From an uncultured delta proteobacterium (GTDB lineage: Bacteria; Bdellovibrionota_C; UBA2361; CAIXSY01): a stretch of DNA of 50,666 bases. Position 1 is the first letter of the stretch, and every line of letters begins with the position of its first letter. Location: positions 1 through 50,666 of the forward strand of contig CAIXSY010000232.1 in assembly GCA_903922175.1 (NCBI GenBank), written 5' to 3'. Shown here one piece after another: positions 27,796 through 34,953 of the stretch. The position numbers were made by a program, and so were the translations under genes. The notes under the pieces were generated by a model. It was not told the origin of the DNA. It saw only the letters and a list, made by a program, of their open reading frames with translations, and searched no databases.

Positions 27796-28319
27796 TGTAT
27801 ATTCGAAAGATCATTGGAATTATAATTATCGTTTTCGTGTGCGTAAGTTCTATCCCTAACGCTATAGCGGAGCATTCGTGGGTAGATGCGCCGGTAGATC
27901 GGAACTTTATGCTTATCCCTAGATGGCTAGATACCGATAAGAGGGCTCCTGCACGATGGGTTTGGCTGCGGCATAGAGGGCGTACTGATACGGAGATAAC
28001 ACTCGGAAGGGGACGGGTGCACCCGCGCAATAAAATCTCCTCAGTTGTAAGAATCTCGGATGGTTACGACGCGTGGCACTATGCTTTTTTCGTGAGAACA
28101 ACTTCTGGGAGATTCTTTGAAAAAAGCAAGACGAATGTAATTTATTTTGCGATTGTTCCTCTAGATATTGCAAGTAATTTCGTGCGTGACGCGTTACTGT
28201 TTAAACTAGACGAAGAAAAGCTTACCCAAGTAGGACGCTACCCCGAATACGACTGTACGGCTGATATGCCATTGTTCGATAATCTAAAATTGTTTTGGAC
28301 CTGGGTCGCCGCCAACTAG
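27792..28319 (+). CDS. hypothetical secreted protein
   Basis: The 175-aa ORF has a start overlapping the stop of the SLT gene and an N-terminal signal/anchor (IIGIIIIVFVCVSSIPNAIA). No domain recognised. Confidence 0.55.
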   Translation: MMYIRKIIGIIIIVFVCVSSIPNAIAEHSWVDAPVDRNFMLIPRWLDTDKRAPARWVWLRHRGRTDTEITLGRGRVHPRNKISSVVRISDGYDAWHYAFFVRTTSGRFFEKSKTNVIYFAIVPLDIASNFVRDALLFKLDEEKLTQVGRYPEYDCTADMPLFDNLKLFWTWVAAN

Positions 28320-28544
28320 GGCGTAAGAATTCTTTTTTTATTTGCTTGGCTAGGGGCGGCCCAAAAGTGCATTTAGCCGGTGCCAAAGTGCCTTACTTGC
28401 TCATTCGAGCCCCTTTGAGCGTGAAAAAAACCTGGTACTTATCCGGCTATTTTTGCCGGGGCAAGGGAGTCGCGGATGGCGCAGCGTATCGGAAGGGACG
28501 TTCCGATCTCCGGGGCATTGTATGGTGGCCCCGAGATAGAATAA

Positions 28545-28572
28545 TTGACCGATAAGTAACGTTATCGGTCAA
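28545..28572. promoter_or_regulatory. palindrome upstream of the Phd/VapC operon (candidate operator)
   Basis: TTGACCGATAA-GTAACG-TTATCGGTCAA has 11-bp perfect arms and lies about 120 nt upstream of the antitoxin start. Type II TA operons are typically autoregulated through such palindromes. Confidence 0.35.
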
Positions 28573-28693
28573 TATACTACTCGCCTCCTTGCGCCGCAGA
28601 GGTAGGAAACCTTTGGCGAGTTTCCACCTCGGCTCTACGTCCTCAGCTATGGTATTGACAACATGGTCTCAACATGGTCATAGTATAGTCACG

Positions 28694-28954
28694 ATGAAGA
28701 AGGTTAATGTTTCCGAATTAAAGTCTAAGCTCTCGGCCTATCTGAGAGCGGTGCGCGCCGGGCATGAGGTGATTGTTCTGGATCGGAACTTGCCGGTGGC
28801 GCGAATCACCGCGATCCCCGAAGCGGAGATACTCACCTATACAGCAGCCTCGGCATCGGTGGTTGACGTTTTTTCACACCTTCCAGCCCTAAGCGGGAAT
28901 AAGAGAACACTTAATAGCTTGGCGCTGCTCATAGCCGACCGGGAGCGGCGCTAG
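28694..28954 (+). CDS. type II antitoxin, Phd/YefM family
   Basis: MKKVNVSELKSKLSAYLRAVRAGHEVIVLDRNLPVARI is the canonical Phd/YefM N-terminus. I prefer the ATG at 28694. The stop overlaps the toxin GTG start by 1 nt. Confidence 0.75.
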   Translation: MKKVNVSELKSKLSAYLRAVRAGHEVIVLDRNLPVARITAIPEAEILTYTAASASVVDVFSHLPALSGNKRTLNSLALLIADRERR

Positions 28955-29409
28955 TGTCCAATATTAAAATCTCAGATCCTATCGCGTATCTTGATAGCTC
29001 AGTTCTACTGCGCATCATTCTCGCAGAACCGCAACCACATCTTGACATCTCCCGCTACCACAAGCTTTTTTCGAGCCGATTACTCGGCATAGAGTGCCGG
29101 CGCGTAATTCACAGATTGCTGCTTGAACGTAGCATCGATGAGACCTTCGCCGCTTCAGTGCAGCAGAGGTTACGCTTTGCTCTTAACGGGGTACATCTAA
29201 TTGCGCTTAGTGAGCGATTATCCGCGGCAGCCGAAGGCGCGTTCCCACTTCCTCTAGGAACGCTTGATGCCCTACACCTGACGAGCGCTCTGGCAATTCG
29301 CGACGATCTTAAATGCAATGACTTCACCCTACTTACCCATGACATGCAGCTAGGCCGTTGTGCCCAAGCCATGGGACTAAATGTAGCCGGACTGCCGCGG
29401 CAAGAGTAA
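28954..29409 (+). CDS. vapC: type II toxin, PIN-domain VapC family
   Basis: The 151-aa product has conserved acidic positions in PIN order (YLDSSVLL ... GTLDALHLTSA ... LLTHD) and is translationally coupled to the Phd-like antitoxin. Confidence 0.7.
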   Translation: MSNIKISDPIAYLDSSVLLRIILAEPQPHLDISRYHKLFSSRLLGIECRRVIHRLLLERSIDETFAASVQQRLRFALNGVHLIALSERLSAAAEGAFPLPLGTLDALHLTSALAIRDDLKCNDFTLLTHDMQLGRCAQAMGLNVAGLPRQE

Positions 29410-29480
29410 GAACCGTTGATTTACCTTTCAATTCCATACACCACATCTTGCACAAAAACCCCCTGGGCTCAAGCCGAACT

Positions 29481-29852
29481 CTACCTGTCCTCGTCAAGTA
29501 TAAACTCATTGCCATCGGGGTCAGCAATCACCGCATTCCACCCACCCCAGAACTGCTGCACGGGGTCGACGACCACCGTCACCCCCCTTCCCCGCAAATT
29601 GCTGATAACTTCCGTGATCTCCTCTACCTCGAAGACCGCCGAGTGCCGCCCGCCAACCTTCGTATCGCGAAATCCGCTAGCCCGCTTTTCATTGGCTGTT
29701 TCGATGTAGAAAACATTGCTTCCGAGGCGCATCTGCAAGAATTCCGGAGGTCGGAACTCTTCCGTCACCATACCGAACACATCTTCGTACCACTTCTTTG
29801 CACGAAGGATGTCGGTGACAAAAATTAGATTTGCACTAAGTTTTATTCTCAT
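29481..29852 (-). CDS. VOC family protein (glyoxalase/bleomycin-resistance fold)
   Basis: The 123-aa product has the typical VOC pattern: an N-terminal beta-alpha-beta segment (LIFVTDILRAKKWYEDVFG) and a C-terminal DPDGNEF. Confidence 0.7.
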   Translation of the reverse strand: MRIKLSANLIFVTDILRAKKWYEDVFGMVTEEFRPPEFLQMRLGSNVFYIETANEKRASGFRDTKVGGRHSAVFEVEEITEVISNLRGRGVTVVVDPVQQFWGGWNAVIADPDGNEFILDEDR

Positions 29853-29935
29853 ATGATAAAATAAAAAGGGATCCTGGGTCGTCGCTTTTACGCACTAACT
29901 GCCTGCGCCTACGGCCGCGAAATTTTGCCCTCGCT

Positions 29936-30505
29936 CTATAAAACCCGTTGCCAGTTCTCTTCACACCCGGAGACACTCCTGCTCTGGTAGGTAAACATAT
30001 TGTCCGCCCTGTACGTAAGTACTTTCCCGCTTGGCTCGTACAGATGCCACAGCTCGCTCTCCTGATCGTTTGGAGTGATCACTAGACGCCCTCCTAGATC
30101 AAAGTGAAGCACCGTCTGGCGTTTCTTATGATACAGGCTAATACCAGTAAGTATTTGCCCATCCATCGCGCGGATCGCTCGTTCAATTGCCCGTTTCGAA
30201 GAGCTATCACCGGCCAACTTGCCTTTCATTCGAAACTGCCAATCGGCACAGTATACCCAAAAACACCACTCCCCTTGAGGCCTAACGAAGCGCCTCATGA
30301 GAGTCTCACGAATTCTCGCAGACACACGGCGGCGTGGAGTTGTTGGCTCTCGCACTCTTAAATGTGGCTTGCCGAATTCCATCGTGAGAAACGACCCTTG
30401 CCCCCGTTCGACTTGCCAGCATGGCAAGCCGACGAGCTTCGCAAAACGTACTTCTATAAACTTTTTTCCGCTCAGTATTTTCTTATGCGGTGTTGGATCG
30501 TTCAC
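29936..30505 (-). CDS. hypothetical protein, 189 aa
   Basis: Last gene of a co-directional three-gene set. No TM segment or motif recognised. Confidence 0.5.
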   Translation of the reverse strand: MNDPTPHKKILSGKKFIEVRFAKLVGLPCWQVERGQGSFLTMEFGKPHLRVREPTTPRRRVSARIRETLMRRFVRPQGEWCFWVYCADWQFRMKGKLAGDSSSKRAIERAIRAMDGQILTGISLYHKKRQTVLHFDLGGRLVITPNDQESELWHLYEPSGKVLTYRADNMFTYQSRSVSGCEENWQRVL

Positions 30506-30531
30506 TATGCCACCTCCTTAAGATATCGCTA

Positions 30532-31431
30532 CTAATAATTCTTATCCCAGCCAGCGCTGCGCTTGCGCAGCGCTATGACACGAACTTTTCTTGCAACTCT
30601 CAGGACTAAAACAAGCCAGCAAAATATACATGCCCCGCACGATAACCCCAGCCATAGGTAGTATCCTGTAAGCAATGTGGTCTTCGTTAGTATATCTATG
30701 CCAACAATAATAAAATCACCAAAAATAAGCCCCCCTAGGGAAAACATGGCAAGTGCTAGGAGGACTAGACTGTTGCGAACAAGCCAGCTTGACCAAAAAA
30801 TTGCGAGTATCAGCGGAACAAACATCACCAGTAACGTCAGAGACCCCGAGTCTACTCCATAAGTCAATATGAAATCTAATACGCTTTGATATAGTGGTAA
30901 TGCCGATCGAAAACCCACTATGGAAACAGCTGGAAGAAGCAGCGCGAGAAAAGATAATACTAACAACACACAAATAATGTAGGTGCGGATAGCAATAGAC
31001 TTCAGAGCGGGTACTGGCCTAAATGCGATGAGCTTCCGGTACGAACGCGCACTGTGCGTACGCAAGTACCAAACGATTTGGTGGATCCTGAAGAGTGAGA
31101 ATACCACGCAAGCGATGAGAAAAGAGTTTAAAACCTGCGGCGCATTCAGCAGCGAGAGAGCTGTTATGTTGCGCAACAGATTTTTAAAACTGGAACTAAT
31201 CGGCCAAATTGGAAATAACGAGCGTTTAAATACCCAGCACGCTGGCTCTAGGTCCAGCCGATCTTCATCAATAGACAACGGCGCATCCAATCTCTCGATC
31301 GGCTGCCTTAAGAATTGGCCCAAATTGCTGTTGACGGCTCGTGTGCAGAAATTAGCGGCTGAGTATGACACTGCGAAATGCAGCAAAAAACAGGACATCG
31401 CTATGAGGAATGTTTTTTTCGTTGATAGCAT
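30532..31431 (-). CDS. hypothetical polytopic membrane protein, 299 aa
   Basis: At least 7 hydrophobic segments in AT-richer sequence. The gene is bracketed by two GC hairpins sharing CCAGCGCTGCGC (30551-30574 and 31444-31468). Confidence 0.55.
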   Translation of the reverse strand: MLSTKKTFLIAMSCFLLHFAVSYSAANFCTRAVNSNLGQFLRQPIERLDAPLSIDEDRLDLEPACWVFKRSLFPIWPISSSFKNLLRNITALSLLNAPQVLNSFLIACVVFSLFRIHQIVWYLRTHSARSYRKLIAFRPVPALKSIAIRTYIICVLLVLSFLALLLPAVSIVGFRSALPLYQSVLDFILTYGVDSGSLTLLVMFVPLILAIFWSSWLVRNSLVLLALAMFSLGGLIFGDFIIVGIDILTKTTLLTGYYLWLGLSCGACIFCWLVLVLRVARKVRVIALRKRSAGWDKNY

Positions 31432-31467
31432 ATAGTGACAGGGCCAGCGCTGCGCGGAGCGCAGCGC

Positions 31468-31950
31468 TTAGGCGGGCAATTTCGGCGCGTGTGTCCCACG
31501 TTGGGTGGCGAACATCATCACCGAATGGCATGCGAGCTCAAGGCACATCATGTCACGAGGCCCGAGCTTTATTCTGCGGCGTTCCTCTTCGGTGCGACCG
31601 GTAACGATGCGCAGCCAACAGGTCTCTTCGCCGCTGAGTCTCCCCTGCAGCCCTCGCGGTTTGTCGCGATACAATTTGATTAGAATGTCGGAATCGCCAT
31701 CTTTGCTACTGCCTTGCAGAATAACGTTCTCGTCAAGCGATTCAACGCCGTAGAGGAAAGCCCGCGTTGTGGCCCACAAGCCACCGATGGCCTCAATCGG
31801 AACGATCATGTTCAGGAACCCGGGGGCACCGACGTTCTCGACACCGTTCAGTACGGGAACGTAGTACAGTCGCAACCCTTCAGCCTCAGGAACGAGCTGC
31901 AAATTACCGAATGATTTGTTGATTGAAAATGTGACGCCGCCTGAGTACAT
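31468..31950 (-). CDS. hypothetical protein, 160 aa
   Basis: First gene of the three-gene set. Soluble, with no motif recognised. Confidence 0.5.
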   Translation of the reverse strand: MYSGGVTFSINKSFGNLQLVPEAEGLRLYYVPVLNGVENVGAPGFLNMIVPIEAIGGLWATTRAFLYGVESLDENVILQGSSKDGDSDILIKLYRDKPRGLQGRLSGEETCWLRIVTGRTEEERRRIKLGPRDMMCLELACHSVMMFATQRGTHAPKLPA

Positions 31951-32274
31951 AAACCTCTCTGTGCTGCTATACGGAGATCTCCATTACCCCCAGCGGCAAT
32001 ACCCTTGAAGACCATCAAGGATGTCTCGCAAAAACCGGCCGGGAACTCCCGAAACTATTTTAAGGTTCGCCCTCCTGTCCAGGTTGTAGCACCCGGAAGG
32101 AACATGCATATCCTCTCTTGTACGCCATACTATGCAAGAACAAAACCGATTGCAAATACAAATGACTACAAATAAGTACTTGAATACACTTAGAATCTAG
32201 GATCAACTACGAAGAAAGTTTGCACGTACACAGCCGTCCAGGCTGATCTTTTCTCTGTGTATGGCGACACCCTC

Positions 32275-34518
32275 CTAACGTCGCTTTTTTCCCCTTCCAC
32301 GACCATGATTGTGATGCTCCTTATCTGCCTTTGGTGGCAATTTCTTTTGCAAATCTGGTGAGTTGGCAGAAAGTAGAGGGGCAGATGGCGGCGGGCTAGA
32401 AAGCAGCCGCCCTTCGTGAGCCTTGACCTCCTGTGCTTGGGCTATGTGCTCAGGATCTCGTGCTGCCGATTGGCCCCCCTCCTCAGCTGGCACCGAATCT
32501 TGGTCCTTTGCAATAGCCTTAGGCAATGTGGTTACCGTGCCGCGCGCCTTACTCGAGGAACGTGGCCCAACGGTAATCTTGAATGTCCCCGCTGGCTCAA
32601 AAGTTGGTGACGGTGCAAGCGGCGCAGCTAGGGGAGCCCCCTGCGCCTCGCCGGCGTTGACTCCGGCTGAAGGTCTTGTCTGCGGTGCAGTTTCGCGCTG
32701 CTCTTGACGCAAAATCTGCTCATCCACCCAATCAGCCAGTCCGATCTCGTCATTCTCCAGCTTCTCCGGCTGAACAATATGCTCGCGCCCCTCCCATGTA
32801 TCGGGCAGCTCAGGGTTAAACCAAAAGCTGCGCCCCTTGACGATGCGCCCATTGCCTAAATCAAACCAGGCGAGCCCCTTCTCTGCCGACATCTCATGTT
32901 TAAGCTCTTCCGCGCTAACTAGATCCTCCTCATCTTCCGAAAAATTGAGAGTTTGTGATTCGCCACCGCTGCGTCTCCCTTGCAGATCGACCGCTCCACG
33001 CATAACGTTACTACTCGTTCCTGTGGTGATGCCCGCGCCGATCGACCTCCTCGTCGTTGTCACCTTGCCGATCCACTCGGCCATATCGGTTGCCGTACGG
33101 TTATCGCCCACTCGCATCATCACCTTAAGATTGACGTTAGCCATGATCCGCTCATAAAAGGCCTCACTCAGGCCGCTCGATGCGTCAGTCAAACCACCGG
33201 CCGACTGCGCTCCGAAAAACAGGGCAAACCTGCCCTTGCGCGCCAACTCAAACAGATTGGCCCAGGTTGGCCCAAAGGTAGACGACCCTTCGTCAATGAT
33301 AACAAGGTGCGGATCCTCAAGGGTGTGCATACGAGATGAGGTGATCTCACCGATCGAGACCTCAAGATCTTCACGGAAAACCTTAACCATACGAGCCGCA
33401 CTTTCGGCCTCCTCCAAGCGTGGCAGCATGAAGTAAATTATCTTGCCTCGCAGAATCGCATCCGTAAGCACAAGATCCGTATGCTGCGTGCAGAACACCT
33501 TACCCATCTCAGAGCCGGTAATAGCATGTAGCTCGGAAGCGATGCCACGCAGGTTTTCGGTTATGCGCGCAGCGTCGATAGCACCCTTTGGTCCACGGTA
33601 GCTCGATGCCAAATGGCCTAGCTCAACCATCGCCTGGCGTGCTCCAATCTTGTGCAACATCTCACGCAGATGCGGATAGGCCAGATTGAAGGCCGAAAGT
33701 GCCACGGCGATATCGCGCATCGACCAGGCCAACCCGAGGCTCTCGAGGGCCCGCACCATGCGATAGATCGAGTCCGCCGCCAATCGATCATAGTGCTTGG
33801 TGACGCTCTGGTCAGAAGTAGGCGGCAAGCCTGCACGCAGCACTTTGCGCGCCTTAACATCAGGACGCTGCTCGGTAAGAACGAAGTTGTACGAGTGAAT
33901 GGGGTCGAAGGGATCGATCACTATCAGATCTTCAATCCGCCCGGTAACAAGCGCCATAAGTATGATATGCGCTAAGGTGCTTGAGTCGCGCTTGGCGTCG
34001 ATAAATGTGCATCCGCTGGCACGCGACCTACTCATCTGCTGAAACATGAGCGACTCAAGCCACAGTGTTTTACCGACTCCTGTTTTGGCAAAAACGCAGC
34101 CGTGGCTGCAAAGCTCATCGTCATCAATCCACAACGGCTTACCAGTATCTATCTCAAATCCGACGAGATAGCGGTCGATCATCAATTTGCCGCGTGAACG
34201 CGCATCTTCAAGCGCACGTTCGAAACAATCGCGCTGCGGCGGAACACCGAGCACTGCGCGCTCACCTCGCTTCTGGCTTTCGACCTTGCGCTCACGTTCG
34301 ATCCAGTAGTGACGCGCCAAACTATGCGCCGACCAGGCGAAAACCGATGCCGGAATCAAGCCGAGTGTAAACAGCGCAAGCGGAGCCAAGTCGCTAAGGA
34401 GTGGACTCGCCACGACACCCAAAGTGCCGACGAGCGTGAGTGCGCTAAGCATGACCGCGTGCCGCCGCTCCTCTTGATGCAGCTCATTAAAGTCGGTTCG
34501 TTTATAATCTCTTGCCAT
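32275..34518 (-). CDS. type IV coupling protein-like ATPase (TraD/VirD4/DotL superfamily)
   Basis: Two N-terminal TM helices. Walker A is FAKTGVGKT and Walker B is HLVIIDEGSS. Overall size is 747 aa. The last 170 aa or so are low-complexity Pro/Ala/Gly-rich and end in a strongly basic tail (HNHGRGRGKKRR). Confidence 0.65.
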   Translation of the reverse strand: MARDYKRTDFNELHQEERRHAVMLSALTLVGTLGVVASPLLSDLAPLALFTLGLIPASVFAWSAHSLARHYWIERERKVESQKRGERAVLGVPPQRDCFERALEDARSRGKLMIDRYLVGFEIDTGKPLWIDDDELCSHGCVFAKTGVGKTLWLESLMFQQMSRSRASGCTFIDAKRDSSTLAHIILMALVTGRIEDLIVIDPFDPIHSYNFVLTEQRPDVKARKVLRAGLPPTSDQSVTKHYDRLAADSIYRMVRALESLGLAWSMRDIAVALSAFNLAYPHLREMLHKIGARQAMVELGHLASSYRGPKGAIDAARITENLRGIASELHAITGSEMGKVFCTQHTDLVLTDAILRGKIIYFMLPRLEEAESAARMVKVFREDLEVSIGEITSSRMHTLEDPHLVIIDEGSSTFGPTWANLFELARKGRFALFFGAQSAGGLTDASSGLSEAFYERIMANVNLKVMMRVGDNRTATDMAEWIGKVTTTRRSIGAGITTGTSSNVMRGAVDLQGRRSGGESQTLNFSEDEEDLVSAEELKHEMSAEKGLAWFDLGNGRIVKGRSFWFNPELPDTWEGREHIVQPEKLENDEIGLADWVDEQILRQEQRETAPQTRPSAGVNAGEAQGAPLAAPLAPSPTFEPAGTFKITVGPRSSSKARGTVTTLPKAIAKDQDSVPAEEGGQSAARDPEHIAQAQEVKAHEGRLLSSPPPSAPLLSANSPDLQKKLPPKADKEHHNHGRGRGKKRR

Positions 34519-34551
34519 AAAACTAACGAGGCGAGGCCTCAGACTCTGTTA

Positions 34552-34925
34552 GTAACTGCTCATTAACCCCCGGGCCAAAGAACCTTGATCATAGTGCTTA
34601 GTTGATTAATTGAAGGAAATTATTTTCACCACAGAGTACGCTGAGGTACGCCGAGGAAAAATCTTTTGTCCTATCGACCGCGGGCTAAAAAACAGCATTT
34701 CCATCTGTGTGCCTCAGCGTACTCTGTGGTGAAGAATTCTCCCTGTTAAATAATCAATTAAGCACTAGTCCTGGTCGTGGTCTTAAGTCCCTGTCGTGTC
34801 CTGGGCCGAAACCATTGACCAATTGACCATGACCAGGATTTAGGGCCAGGACAGTTCGACAAACTCACTGCAGGCCAGAACCAAGACTATGGTAAAGAGT
34901 CGCCCCCGGGTTAATGAGCAATTAC
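34552..34925. mobile_element. composite nested palindromic MITE-like element, copy 2
   Basis: Terminal arms GTAACTGCTCATTAACCC.. (34552-34574) and ..GGGTTAATGAGCAATTAC (34903-34925) pair with one mismatch. The internal 176-bp hairpin 34592-34767 includes a perfect 21-bp inverted repeat (34626-34646 / 34712-34732). A second GGTCGTGG/CCATGACC-type hairpin region follows at about 34769-34860. Confidence 0.7.
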
Positions 34926-34953
34926 GCGACAAGTCCCCACAACATTACTAACC

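Noticed and set aside
30532-31468. Integron-like gene cassette (a gene flanked by palindromic attC-like sites)
   Set aside because: The hairpins are only about 24 nt, far shorter and more perfect than attC sites. One lies inside the coding sequence, and no intI or attI is present in the window.
34552-34925. Retron msr/msd, or other RT-dependent structured RNA, as an explanation for the nested inverted repeats
   Set aside because: No reverse transcriptase gene is nearby. The same termini recur at unrelated loci (1864, 37222), which fits a dispersed MITE/REP-like family better.
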